A stretch of DNA of 64,000 nucleotides from Chitinophagaceae bacterium (GTDB lineage: Bacteria > Bacteroidota > Bacteroidia > Chitinophagales > Chitinophagaceae): contig JANWIY010000015.1 in assembly GCA_025449645.1 (NCBI GenBank), positions 6,615 through 70,614 of the forward strand, written 5' to 3'. Below the pieces are notes generated by a model. That model saw only the letters and a list, made by a program, of their open reading frames with translations, did not search any database and was not told the DNA's origin. Below, one piece after another: positions 28,219 to 38,520 of this stretch (its first letter is position 1; every line of letters starts with the position of its first letter). The translations under genes were made by a program, and so were the position numbers.

Positions 28219-30831
28219 TTACTGAGGGAGAACTAATTGGCTGACAAGCCCCGTCCATCCGGTCTGATGGGAGGCGCCCAGCCCAAGACCAGAATCTCCA
28301 TGGAAGTATTCAAAGAAAAGAATATGATCTTTAAAGTTCGGATCAGACTGCAGCAATGGATTGTTCCCGTATATCGGCCTGTTACCTTTTGGATCCCTGG
28401 TAAAAAGGGAAATTACCCTTTTGGCTAATTTGTCTGAAATTTCTTTCAGCGTAAAAAAGTTTCCTGAATGGGTCGGGTATTCCACCTTGAAATCGTCGCC
28501 GTAATAATCGTGAAAGCGTTTCAGCGAATCAATGATAAGGAAATTTGCAGGCATCCATACAGGTCCCCTCCAGTTCGAGTTGCCACCAAATAGCGGAATA
28601 TCCGATTCGCCCGGTGTATATTTAATGGAGAAGGTTGTACCATCAATTTGCATTATATAAGGATGTGCTTCGTGATATTTCGACAGAGCACGGATACCGT
28701 GGTCACTGAGAAACTCATTTTCATCCAGCATCCGGTAAAGGATTCTTTTCATCCGGTGTCCCCGCAAAAGAGATAACAAATGCTTTTCATCTTTTCCTTT
28801 TTCACCCCATCTAGAAACCAGGTTTGCCATCTGCGGCTGGTTCAAAAGAAACCACCGCAGTCTTTCTGCAAAATCTTTTTGACTATTCAACAGTTCGTCA
28901 TCGAGCACTTCCACCACCAGGAGTGGGATCAGTCCCACCATGGAGCGAATTTTTAATTTTTTGTATGGGGATCCGGGCTTTTTAAGGACATCATAAAAAA
29001 ATTCATCTTCTTCGTCCCAAAGATCAGTATTGGTATTGCCCATCCCGGCCATGGCATATGCAATATATAAGAAATGCTCAAAAAATTTGGTTGCCATATC
29101 CTGATAAACAGGATTCGATTTCGCAAGCTCCAGGGCAATGCGCATCATATTCAGGGAATACATGCACATCCAGCTCGTTGAATCGGACTGCTCCAGCAAA
29201 ATGCCATCCGGAAGAAGGGCATTGCGGTCGAATAATCCGATATTATCCATGCCCAGAAATCCGCCTTCGAAAATATTATTCCCTTCCTTGTCCTTCCGGT
29301 TTACCCACCATGTAAAGTTGAGCATGAGTTTTAAAAAAACTGTTTCCAGGAACCTGGTATCGCCTTTCCCTTGAGCGGCTTTATCCGTTTCATAAACTTT
29401 CCAGGTAGCCCAGGCATGTACAGGCGGATTAACATCAGAAAAAGCCCACTCATAAGCAGGAAGCTGACCGTTCGGATGCATGTACCATTCATGTGTTAGC
29501 ATAATCAACTGCTCTTTGGCAAAAGCCGGATCAATTGTGGCAAAGCAGATGCAATGAAAAGCCCAGTCCCAGGCAGCGAACCAGGGGTATTCCCAGGTAT
29601 CGGGCATGGAGATGATATCTGAATTATTGAGGTGGATCCATTGATGATTTCGTCCTTTCAATCTTTCGCCGGGCGGAGTTGGACCTGCAGGATCGCCTGC
29701 CAGCCATTTTTTCACATTGTAATAATAGTATTGCTTGCTCCAGATCATGCCGGCAAAAGCCTGCCGCTGTATAATTTTCAATTCTTCATCCGGAATGGCA
29801 GCCTGCAATTCCGCGTAGAAGAGTGAGGCTTCTGTGATCCTCTCGGTAAATATTTTTTCAAATGATTCAAACGGACGCTCTGTTTTATTCCTGGTCAACC
29901 GTAGACGGAACACTTCCGGCTTGCCGGGCATAACCGTGTGTTTGAAATGGACAGCCGCTTTTGTACCGGTATTTTCAGTATTGACAGATTTCGCGCCGTG
30001 GATGAGATAATCATTGATGCCATCCTTATAAAATGGATGGTTAGGCGGAGCATTGTAGAGCCTGGCCGTATTGGTTTCATTTTCACAGAAAAGAATCTCA
30101 TCACATGCTTCGGAATACAATACCATATTTCCCAGGCTGGGATGATAAATCGAAATCGCGTTTGGAAGATTGGCATTCATGCCTGGTTTTTCATTTCCGT
30201 TCGGATAGCCCCAGGCCCAGGTATTACGAAACCAGATCGTAGGCAATACATGAATCGGAGCAGGCACAGGGCCGCGGTTATGGACCGTGATCTTCATCAG
30301 GATATCTTCTGGTGAAGCTTTTGCATATTCGATGAAAACATCAAAGTATTTGTTCTCGTTAAAGATTCCGGTGTCCTGTAATTCGTATTCGGGGTCCTTC
30401 CTGCTGCGGCGTTGATTCTCTGTGAGCAGGTTCTCGTAAGGGAATTCGCCTTGCGGGTATTTGTACAGCATTTTCAGATAAGCATGCGTAGGCGTGGCAT
30501 CAAGGTAATAGTACAATTCCTTTACATCTTCCCCATGATTGCCGTCCGGGCCGCCCAATCCAAAAAGCCTTTCTTTCAGGATCGGATCTTTTGTATTCCA
30601 CAGACTAACGGCGAGGCATAGGTGCAGGTTGATGTCGCTTATGCCACCCAGCCCTTCTTCGCCCCAGCGCCAGGCTTTGCTGCGGGCCATATCATGAGAT
30701 GTATATGCCCAGGGCTGACCATCGGCACTATAATCTTCCCTTACGGTTGACCATTGACGTTCACTCAGATAGGGGCCCCATTTCTTCCAGGAGGAGTCCG
30801 AAAGCCGTTCGTTTTCTGCATTCATGTACAC
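28219..30831 (-). CDS. GH63 / MGH1-like glycoside hydrolase
   Basis: WGPYLSERQW, NHGEDVKE, WEYPWFAAWD, FEGGFLGMDNI, GNSNWRGPVW, GASHQTGWT. Confidence 0.9.
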   Translation of the reverse strand: MYMNAENERLSDSSWKKWGPYLSERQWSTVREDYSADGQPWAYTSHDMARSKAWRWGEEGLGGISDINLHLCLAVSLWNTKDPILKERLFGLGGPDGNHGEDVKELYYYLDATPTHAYLKMLYKYPQGEFPYENLLTENQRRSRKDPEYELQDTGIFNENKYFDVFIEYAKASPEDILMKITVHNRGPVPAPIHVLPTIWFRNTWAWGYPNGNEKPGMNANLPNAISIYHPSLGNMVLYSEACDEILFCENETNTARLYNAPPNHPFYKDGINDYLIHGAKSVNTENTGTKAAVHFKHTVMPGKPEVFRLRLTRNKTERPFESFEKIFTERITEASLFYAELQAAIPDEELKIIQRQAFAGMIWSKQYYYYNVKKWLAGDPAGPTPPGERLKGRNHQWIHLNNSDIISMPDTWEYPWFAAWDWAFHCICFATIDPAFAKEQLIMLTHEWYMHPNGQLPAYEWAFSDVNPPVHAWATWKVYETDKAAQGKGDTRFLETVFLKLMLNFTWWVNRKDKEGNNIFEGGFLGMDNIGLFDRNALLPDGILLEQSDSTSWMCMYSLNMMRIALELAKSNPVYQDMATKFFEHFLYIAYAMAGMGNTNTDLWDEEDEFFYDVLKKPGSPYKKLKIRSMVGLIPLLVVEVLDDELLNSQKDFAERLRWFLLNQPQMANLVSRWGEKGKDEKHLLSLLRGHRMKRILYRMLDENEFLSDHGIRALSKYHEAHPYIMQIDGTTFSIKYTPGESDIPLFGGNSNWRGPVWMPANFLIIDSLKRFHDYYGDDFKVEYPTHSGNFFTLKEISDKLAKRVISLFTRDPKGNRPIYGNNPLLQSDPNFKDHILFFEYFHGDSGLGLGASHQTGWTGLVSQLVLPQ

Positions 30832-30864
30832 CGATTATGACAACAATAGCCCGGGGCCGGAAAA

Positions 30865-32652
30865 TCAATCGTAAATATGATCAATATACGGCCTGTATTT
30901 CTCCAGGATTACCTTCCTTTTTATATTCAATTTTGGCGTAAGCTCGCCAGTTTCAACACTCCAGGGCCCGGTCACTAATTCGAATTTCTTAACCTGCTCC
31001 ACGTGATTGAATTGCTCGTTGTAATGATCAATGATCCCTCTGTAAAACTTCAGCACTACCGGACTCCTGATCATGGCTTCATGGGAATCTGTAGAAAGCT
31101 GATGCTCCTCGCACCAATCCCTAAGATTGTCAAAAGCAGGGACGATCAGCGCACCCACAAATTTTCTGTCAGGACCAACCACAACGGCCTGCTCGATAAA
31201 ACGCGATTCCTTCAGTTTATTTTCAATGGCCGCCGGGGCGACATACTTTCCGCCACTTGTTTTGAATAATTCTTTTTTCCGGTCGGTGATGCGCAGGAAC
31301 TTGCCGTCTTCAAACTGCCCGATATCTCCCGTATGGAGCCAGCCGTCAATAACGGTTTCCGCAGTGAGATCGGGTCTTTTAAAATATCCTTTCATCACGC
31401 TTGGACCCCTGACGCAAATTTCCCCGTCAGGTTCAAGTCGCACTTCCATGCCATTCACCACGGGCCCTACCGTTCCGAATCTATTTAGTCCTTTACCGTG
31501 CCGGTTTACTGCAATCACCGGGGAATTTTCTGTCGGTCCGTAGCCTTCATATATTGGGATGCCGGCCGCATTGAATATGCGCAATAACCTGTCCTGGCAG
31601 GCGGCTCCGCCGGTGATGATATATTTGATATTGTTCCCCAGCGCTTCACGCCATTTATTAAATATCAGTTTGTTTGCAATCGATAATTGAAAATTATACC
31701 AGATACCGAGGTTGTGATTGTTGTCATATTTCTTCCCGAGCTCAACGGCCCAGAAAAATAATTTTCTTTTTATGCCTTTAAGCGCAGCACCTTTTGCCAT
31801 GATGCGCTCATATACTTTTTCGAGTAAACGCGGTACCGTACAGAAAATATCCGGTTTTACTTCAAGTAAATTTGGTCCGATTGTGTCCATGCTCTCTGCA
31901 TAATAAATACTGTTGCCACTGAAGAGATAGATGTAGCTCACCATTTTCTCGAATATATGATTCAGCGGCAGAAAGCTCAGCGTTCTGAATTCAGGACGGT
32001 CTTCGAAAGGGAAACTTTCTTTTGATAATAGCACATTGCTCAGAATATTATTATGCGTCAGCATGACGCCTTTCGGTGTTCCCGTAGTTCCTGATGTATA
32101 TATGATGGTAGCGAGATCCTCCGGACGGATGTTTTTGCTGATGACCTGCACTTGTTCGATTAGGGCCGGGGTGGACCTGGCAACCAGGGATGACCAGTGA
32201 TCGGCGCCGGATATTCGGTTATAAGTAAAAACATTTTGTATGGAGGGAACTCTGGGACGAATAGCCTGGACCTTGCGGTACAATTCTTCGCTGCTTACAA
32301 AAACATACTTCACTGCAGCATCCTGAAAAATGAATTCTATTTCCAGGGGATTGGTCGTTGGATAAATCGGAACGAGCACGGCACCAAGTTTCTGCACAGC
32401 CATATCTGTGATCAGCCATTCTGCACGATTATTGGCGATAATCCCGATCTTGTCCTGCCGCTCAACACTCATGTCGTTACCGGAAACACCCAGTGACAGC
32501 AGTCCCGCAGCAAGCCGGTCGACGGATTGATCAATTTCCACGGTGCTATATTTTCGCCATTTGCCTTCTTCTTTGGCGACAAGCATATCTTCTTTCGCAA
32601 ATTTTTCCAGTTGATAATCAATGCAGTCAAAGAGTCTTGCGGGTTTAATCAT
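30865..32652 (-). CDS. Long-chain fatty acid--CoA ligase
   Basis: YTSGTTG.PKG, GYG.TE, TGDIG, DRKK..FKTSGGKYVAP, ELTPK. Confidence 0.92.
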   Translation of the reverse strand: MIKPARLFDCIDYQLEKFAKEDMLVAKEEGKWRKYSTVEIDQSVDRLAAGLLSLGVSGNDMSVERQDKIGIIANNRAEWLITDMAVQKLGAVLVPIYPTTNPLEIEFIFQDAAVKYVFVSSEELYRKVQAIRPRVPSIQNVFTYNRISGADHWSSLVARSTPALIEQVQVISKNIRPEDLATIIYTSGTTGTPKGVMLTHNNILSNVLLSKESFPFEDRPEFRTLSFLPLNHIFEKMVSYIYLFSGNSIYYAESMDTIGPNLLEVKPDIFCTVPRLLEKVYERIMAKGAALKGIKRKLFFWAVELGKKYDNNHNLGIWYNFQLSIANKLIFNKWREALGNNIKYIITGGAACQDRLLRIFNAAGIPIYEGYGPTENSPVIAVNRHGKGLNRFGTVGPVVNGMEVRLEPDGEICVRGPSVMKGYFKRPDLTAETVIDGWLHTGDIGQFEDGKFLRITDRKKELFKTSGGKYVAPAAIENKLKESRFIEQAVVVGPDRKFVGALIVPAFDNLRDWCEEHQLSTDSHEAMIRSPVVLKFYRGIIDHYNEQFNHVEQVKKFELVTGPWSVETGELTPKLNIKRKVILEKYRPYIDHIYD

Positions 32653-32658
32653 ACATAT

Positions 32659-33672
32659 TTATTTTGCTGTAGACGCCCTGTAATTTTGGCCCGGGGGCAC
32701 TTTAAATACCCTTCCTTTTTGAAAACTAATAAAGCGATTGTAGTCATCCGCATGGGTTGCCGTCCAGCTTTGAAAAGCTGCAAGTCCCATGGATGCGCCG
32801 AAAGCCCATTGGTTGTAAGCATCAAAAAGACCTTCCTTCATCAGTTGTTGTTCATACTCAAAAAGCCGGAAGGGGAATTTACCGGCGTATTTATCAAACC
32901 ATTCCAAAATAAATTTGCTGCGCAGAATATTTAGTGATTCCGGTGTCAGACCCAGGGAAACGGCAGATGACTGATCCGCCATTACATTCAGGTATACGGC
33001 AACGAAAGGGTTTTTATTGGCCTGTGATTTAGGGGCTTTCAAATCCATAAATAATTTCTTATATCCGTCAACCAGCAGACTTTTTATTTCAGGCGTACGG
33101 CTGCTGTAACTTTCCAGGTTAATGAAGATTTCGCCGTATATCAGGGTCCACACTTTATCGTAGGTGAAATAATAGTATTTACAGGCATTATAATAATTCG
33201 ATGAGTAAGACGGATCCACTTCGATGCCTTTTTCCCAAAGGCGAATGGCTTCAGGATCCTTTTTCATCCAGAGCATTTCTCCGTATTCATTATAAAGTTC
33301 GCCGCTGTTCGGGAATTTTTTGATTCCCTGCCGGTACATTTTGTCTGCTTCTTTTTTCTCTTCAATGGCTTTATAGGCCATCCCCAGAATCTGGTAACAT
33401 TGTTCGTCGGCGTCTTTTCTTTCAATGAGTTTTCTTCCTTCTTCAACGGATGCGCTGTAATTACTCTGGAGATAATAGGTGAAAGCAAGGTCTTTTTCTA
33501 TCGCCAGATCATCCGGTGCAACCTTTAACGCATTGCCTAGAACAATGATGGCATTTGAATAATCGCCATTCCACATATAATTTTTCGCCACCTTGTGAAG
33601 GGAATCTGCTGTTTGGGTGAAAGCAGAAATACTGTTCAAAAAGAGGCCGGCAAAGAACAGGACTTTTTTCAT
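32659..33672 (-). CDS. Exported TPR protein
   Basis: Start MKKVLFF at 33672 with signal peptide; several TPR-like helical repeats. Confidence 0.8.
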   Translation of the reverse strand: MKKVLFFAGLFLNSISAFTQTADSLHKVAKNYMWNGDYSNAIIVLGNALKVAPDDLAIEKDLAFTYYLQSNYSASVEEGRKLIERKDADEQCYQILGMAYKAIEEKKEADKMYRQGIKKFPNSGELYNEYGEMLWMKKDPEAIRLWEKGIEVDPSYSSNYYNACKYYYFTYDKVWTLIYGEIFINLESYSSRTPEIKSLLVDGYKKLFMDLKAPKSQANKNPFVAVYLNVMADQSSAVSLGLTPESLNILRSKFILEWFDKYAGKFPFRLFEYEQQLMKEGLFDAYNQWAFGASMGLAAFQSWTATHADDYNRFISFQKGRVFKVPPGQNYRASTAK

Positions 33673-33744
33673 GCAATGAATATAGGCCGAACGTTTCAAA
33701 AACGGCTTCCGGCTTGAATAATTGTTCCTCAAAAATACGAATGC

Positions 33745-34974
33745 CTACCTTATCAGATGTGTTAACAGTCCGTCACGGAGTTTAGGCTCAAACCAGGTGC
33801 TTTTGGGAGGCATGATTTCGCCACTGTCGGCAATATCAAACAACTGGTTCATACTTATGGGATACAGACTGAATGCGATTTTCATATTGCCGAGATTAAC
33901 TCTTTTTTCCAATTCAGCAAATCCCCGCATGCCACCCACAAAATCTATCCTGTCATCCGTTCTCGGGTCGCCGATACCCAGCAGAGGAGTCAGGATATTT
34001 TCCTGAAGAATGGTAACATCCAGGATACCGATCGGGTCTTCACGGTAGGTTTGGTCTTTTGCTTCCAGGCGGTACCAGCTACCCTCCAAATACATCCCGA
34101 ATGTATGCAGCCGGCTGGGAGAAAAAGCGGTATCGGTTTTTTCAACCCTGAAATTTTTCTTCAGGTTTTCGAGGAAAGTTTCGGGCGTCAATCCGTTAAG
34201 GTCTTTCACGACCCTGTTGTAATCCATTATATGAAGCTCTTCAGAAGGAAAAAGCGTCGTTAGAAAAAAATCAGATTCCGGAGAAGCTTCATCACCCAGT
34301 GCCTTTTTCACTTTGGCAGCGGATGCGGCGCGGTGATGGCCATCGGCAATGTAGGTGAAAGGGACTTCGTTTTCAAAAATAGAACTGATCTGTTGAATGG
34401 TATCCTCCTCGTCAACCACCCATACCTTATGGGAGATCCCATCTTCGGCCAGGAAATCATAAACAGGCTGATGGGATTTTTTCCATGCTCCGACAATATC
34501 GGTAATCCTTTTATTGGATTTGTAAGCCATAAATACATTTCCGGTTTGCGCACCTATGATCCGCATATGCTGAATGCGGTCCTGTTCTTTTTCCGGACGC
34601 GTCAGCTCATGCTTTTTTATGATATTTTTTTCGTAGTCTTCCACGGCACTGACGCAGACCAGGCCCGTCTGGCTTTTGCCATTCATAGTCAGCTCATAGA
34701 TATAATAAAATGGCCGTTCGTCTTTAAACAAAATTTTCTGGTCCCGGAAAATAAATAGATTATCCGCCGCTTTATGATATACTTTTTCGCTGTGTGCATC
34801 TGTTCCCTCGGGCAAATCAATCTCTGCCTTGGTGATATGAAGGAACGAATAGGGATTATTTTCCGCCAAAAGCCTGGCCTCATCACTGTTTAACACGTCA
34901 TAGGGTGGAGAGGCAATCCGGGAAGCCAGGGCCGGCTGAGGTCTCAAGGCGCGAAAAGGAGAAATTATTGCCAT
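33745..34974 (-). CDS. DUF1015 family protein
   Basis: PFRAL, PYDV, KKHELT, YIADGHHR, MPPKSTWFEPKLRDGL. Confidence 0.9.
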   Translation of the reverse strand: MAIISPFRALRPQPALASRIASPPYDVLNSDEARLLAENNPYSFLHITKAEIDLPEGTDAHSEKVYHKAADNLFIFRDQKILFKDERPFYYIYELTMNGKSQTGLVCVSAVEDYEKNIIKKHELTRPEKEQDRIQHMRIIGAQTGNVFMAYKSNKRITDIVGAWKKSHQPVYDFLAEDGISHKVWVVDEEDTIQQISSIFENEVPFTYIADGHHRAASAAKVKKALGDEASPESDFFLTTLFPSEELHIMDYNRVVKDLNGLTPETFLENLKKNFRVEKTDTAFSPSRLHTFGMYLEGSWYRLEAKDQTYREDPIGILDVTILQENILTPLLGIGDPRTDDRIDFVGGMRGFAELEKRVNLGNMKIAFSLYPISMNQLFDIADSGEIMPPKSTWFEPKLRDGLLTHLIR

Positions 34975-34986
34975 GCGGGATTGAAA

Positions 34987-36039
34987 TTACAAATCATTTA
35001 TCAGGCTGGAAATTGCTTTTACGCTTTCCATCGCCACTGCATTGTATAGTGAAATCCTGAATCCGCCAACACTCCGGTGACCTTTTACGCCCACCATCCC
35101 CTGCTCTTCGCAGGCGTCGATGAATTTTTTCTCCAGCCTGGCTTCAGGTATACGAAACACGACATTCATACGACTCCTGTCTTCTCTTGCAACTGTTGGC
35201 TCGAATCCTTCTCGTGAATCCAGCGTTTTATACAGAAGATCCGCTTTTGCCTTGTTCAGTTTTTCTATGCCCGGCACCCCGCCTTGTTTTTTCAACCATC
35301 GCAATGTGAGCAAACAAACATAGATTGAAAAAACAGGAGGTGTGTTGAGCATGGATCCCGCTTCGATGTGCTGACGGTAATCCATCATTCCCGGGAGCCT
35401 GCGGTTGACTTTTCCCAGTATGTCCCTGCGGACAACCACCAAATTTGCACCCGCTGCTCCGATGTTCTTCTGGGCACCGGCGTAGATCAGGGCAAAGCGG
35501 TTAAAATCCATTTCACGGCTGAGAATATCACTGCTCATATCCGCTACCAGTGGCAGGTTAGTTATAGGAATTTCAAACATCTCCGTGCCCTCGATCGTAT
35601 TATTGCTGGTATAGTGAAAAAATTTTGCATCAGCAGCTATCCGGTATCCCTTCGGAATATAGCTGTAGTTTTTATCTTTTGATGATGCAACTATGGTTAC
35701 TTCACCGAATACTCTTGCCTCTTTGATGGCCTTGGTTCCCCAAACCCCACAATCCAGGTAGGCTGCAGTTTCATTTTCATCAAGCAGGTTCATAGGTACC
35801 TGGAAGAATTGCGTTGTTGCCCCCCCATGAAGGAATAAAACAAAGTGGTCGCTGTCGAGATGCATGAGTTCATTCGTGAGACTGATCGTTTCATCCATTA
35901 CAGACTGAAACAGCGGCGTCCGGTGGCCAATTTCGAGAATGGAAAGACCGGTATCCCTGAAATTAAGAACGGCCTGACTGGCTTCTTCAAACACTTCCTT
36001 TGGTAAAACACTCGGCCCGGCATTGAAATTATGCTTCAT
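34987..36039 (-). CDS. serC: Phosphoserine aminotransferase
   Basis: NFNAGP, GGAT.QF..P.N, NNTIEG, DMSS, YAGAQKN.G, NTPP, GHRSVGG.R.S.YNA. Confidence 0.96.
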   Translation of the reverse strand: MKHNFNAGPSVLPKEVFEEASQAVLNFRDTGLSILEIGHRTPLFQSVMDETISLTNELMHLDSDHFVLFLHGGATTQFFQVPMNLLDENETAAYLDCGVWGTKAIKEARVFGEVTIVASSKDKNYSYIPKGYRIAADAKFFHYTSNNTIEGTEMFEIPITNLPLVADMSSDILSREMDFNRFALIYAGAQKNIGAAGANLVVVRRDILGKVNRRLPGMMDYRQHIEAGSMLNTPPVFSIYVCLLTLRWLKKQGGVPGIEKLNKAKADLLYKTLDSREGFEPTVAREDRSRMNVVFRIPEARLEKKFIDACEEQGMVGVKGHRSVGGFRISLYNAVAMESVKAISSLINDL

Positions 36040-36289
36040 AGATCAACATTTATCCTGAAAGAGTTGCAAATTTACAAAAATGGCGGCTGCCAGACGTTAT
36101 TCAAGGATGCTTTTTTATGGTTTGCAGATGATGACGCAAGAAAAAGCTAATAAGAAAGAGTAGGTTTCCCTTTCTATAAATCTACATTTTAGACCGGTTG
36201 ATTTCCTTTTTTTAATGAAAGAATTAAACCAGCATGATTATGGTATGAAATATGAGTTATGTTGTGCTTCTACATTAAACCCACCTATT

Positions 36290-36847
36290 ATGGAGATCAT
36301 TAAAAGCATCCAGAACAGGATATACGAAATACGAGGTGAAAGGATTATGCTCGACCGGGATTTGGCTGCCTTGTATGAAACAGAAACCAAAGCCTTGAAC
36401 CTTGCAGTAAAACGGAATTTAAAGCGGTTTCCCAAGGATTTTATGTTTCAACTCACCACCGAGGAATTCAGCTCTGTGAAGTTTCAAATTGAAACCTCAG
36501 AAACAAGGAATTCTTTGAGGTTGCAAAATGAAACCTCAAAGGGAAGAGGAGGAACAAGGTACTTGCCATATGCTTTTACGGAACAGGGCGTAGCTATGCT
36601 CAGTGGCGTTTTGAATTCCGATAAGGCAATAAATATGAATATTGCAATAATGAGAACATTTATTGAAATAAGGCGTCTAAGTTTCCATCAAATTGATTTG
36701 AAATCCCATCTCAGGCACATCATGGATCGGGTGGGGGAACATGATATCCAGCTAAACCAGATTTATGATGCCATGGAAAACCTTTTGGACGAAAAAGCAG
36801 CCCAAAAAAAATGGAACGAACGCGAAAGAATTGGATTTAAGAAGTAG
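36290..36847 (+). CDS. ORF6N domain DNA-binding protein
   Basis: IYEIRG..IMLDRDLA.LY, N.AVKRN..RFP.DFMFQL, PYAFTEQGVAMLS.VL.S, RIGF; likely start ATG 36290. Confidence 0.9.
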   Translation: MEIIKSIQNRIYEIRGERIMLDRDLAALYETETKALNLAVKRNLKRFPKDFMFQLTTEEFSSVKFQIETSETRNSLRLQNETSKGRGGTRYLPYAFTEQGVAMLSGVLNSDKAINMNIAIMRTFIEIRRLSFHQIDLKSHLRHIMDRVGEHDIQLNQIYDAMENLLDEKAAQKKWNERERIGFKK

Positions 36848-36855
36848 AGATTAGA

Positions 36856-37116
36856 ATGAACCCGAATCTAAAAGCAACTTTTTGCCCGGACCCATCAAAT
36901 CCGGGTTACCTGCAATTCAATGTTGACGGTACCTTGAGTTTTTCACCACCAGGTATATATGATGCTGATCATTATCAACTGCCGAATGACAGTACTATAA
37001 TTTTTTTAAGAGATTCAGAAAACTTTAAAATTGAATACCATATTTCCGGGACCTTATTAACCCTGACGGGTGGCTGCATCGAACCCTGTGGAACAAAATA
37101 TATCAAGACTGAGTAA
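36856..37116 (+). CDS. Hypothetical protein, possibly an N-terminally truncated lipoprotein remnant
   Basis: Beta-strand-rich; C-terminal CIEPCG.KY; no signal peptide. Confidence 0.45.
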   Translation: MNPNLKATFCPDPSNPGYLQFNVDGTLSFSPPGIYDADHYQLPNDSTIIFLRDSENFKIEYHISGTLLTLTGGCIEPCGTKYIKTE

Positions 37117-37174
37117 CGTTGCTTTGGTGAATACCCCGGGCATTATATTTGCTTTTGCATTTGAAAAAAGCAAT

Positions 37175-37324
37175 ATGATCCGTAAATTAAAATCCGGGGA
37201 ATACAGGCTTTATTCCCGCAAAATGAATCCGAAAACGAAGAAACGCCGCAACCTGGGCACTTTCAGCAGTATGGATGCTGCAAAAAAACACGAGAAGGAG
37301 ATCCAGTATTTCAAGCGGCATTAG
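37175..37324 (+). CDS. 49-aa basic hypothetical protein
   Basis: MIRKLKSGEYRLYSRK...RRNLGTF....A..HE..IQYFKRH; TATATTTG promoter element at 37144-37151. Confidence 0.8.
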   Translation: MIRKLKSGEYRLYSRKMNPKTKKRRNLGTFSSMDAAKKHEKEIQYFKRH

Positions 37325-37443
37325 CGGGCTTTCCGTAAAAAGTGCCTGAATATTCCTTATATGCCATGGATGTTAGGTTTAGGCTGACGCTCGCCGGATC
37401 GATATGTTTCTGTTTTCGATTAAGAACCGACCGGATCTGCGAA

Positions 37444-38412
37444 TCATTCTCCGCAATCGCGCCCTAACACTTTTCCTTTTTTCCATTCCAGGTTGAGCAA
37501 CTGATATTCCTGTTGATCGGCCAGGGAAAGACTGCCGTTCATCAGCCGATCTAACGGGGGTTGCCCCGCATTAACCCAGGCAGTGTACCAGAGAGAGGCT
37601 ACGGCAAAAATGGATTGGCGCGTGCGCCTTTCGACCATATCCTTTAATTTTTCGTTATACAATAAGGCGTAAGTGGTTGAATATTGCCTGAGCAGAATTC
37701 CATTCCGTTCTTCGAATGCGAATTTCTGATCCGGCCGGATCTGGAGGCTGGCCTCCCGCTCACAGCGAAGCACAGTATCTGCTGCGGCTGCACTTTCCAG
37801 AAGTCGCGCCCAGATAAAGGAAGGCGGATCCTCAATGTATGCGGCTTTGCCGATAAAGAAGTCCCAGTGATCTGCGGCCAATAGTTCCGGGACACGTGAT
37901 TCCCAGAATGCATGAATGCCCTGCTGATTCGTTAACTGGCCGTTGTGGTTACTACAGGCATGCAATGGAACATGTGCGTCCGCAATATAATGTCCGATAT
38001 CCGCAGCATATTTCAGAATAAGCCTGGCGTCTTTTTCGCGAAAAGCTTTTGTAAGCCGGCCAAGCATGGTTTGTATCCACCAGGGAACGATGCCATAAGC
38101 CCGCAGCGTATCAGCGGAAAATTTTTCAACTGCCGATTTATAATCCCTGGGAAGATCCCGGTAAGGATAAGCACCGTAGTGATCTATATCCATGAAATGA
38201 TGCGCGCCCTCTGTAGCTACGGCATACCGTCTTTTATCCGGATCCACGGCGTGCTCGGTGAGATATCCGATGTTCGGTTTAAAAAAGATCATCATTTGCG
38301 GTGGTAAAAGGAACACTGCGTGGTAGTTGATCTGCTGATGCATGTAAAATCCCCAGCAAAAAAGGCGGCTATATATAAGTAACAGGCCGGCAGATAAAAT
38401 TCCCTTCTTCAT
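37444..38412 (-). CDS. S1/P1 nuclease / zinc-dependent phospholipase C family protein
   Basis: Signal peptide then WG...H; PD.RR, H..D.D, HYIADAHVPLH, H..WES zinc ligands. Confidence 0.87.
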   Translation of the reverse strand: MKKGILSAGLLLIYSRLFCWGFYMHQQINYHAVFLLPPQMMIFFKPNIGYLTEHAVDPDKRRYAVATEGAHHFMDIDHYGAYPYRDLPRDYKSAVEKFSADTLRAYGIVPWWIQTMLGRLTKAFREKDARLILKYAADIGHYIADAHVPLHACSNHNGQLTNQQGIHAFWESRVPELLAADHWDFFIGKAAYIEDPPSFIWARLLESAAAADTVLRCEREASLQIRPDQKFAFEERNGILLRQYSTTYALLYNEKLKDMVERRTRQSIFAVASLWYTAWVNAGQPPLDRLMNGSLSLADQQEYQLLNLEWKKGKVLGRDCGE

Positions 38413-38520
38413 AAAAAACTTAGTTTTCTGAAGACTCCTGAACTTTGATTTACCTGGCGGGGTTTACCGGCTAATCGTTCCTTAACCAAAAAGTCCGTGA
38501 TTAGCCACTGAGCCATAGGA

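Noticed and set aside
36215-37324. Prophage remnant because of ORF6N
   Set aside because: No integrase, structural genes or att-like repeats; solo ORF6N genes occur outside phages.
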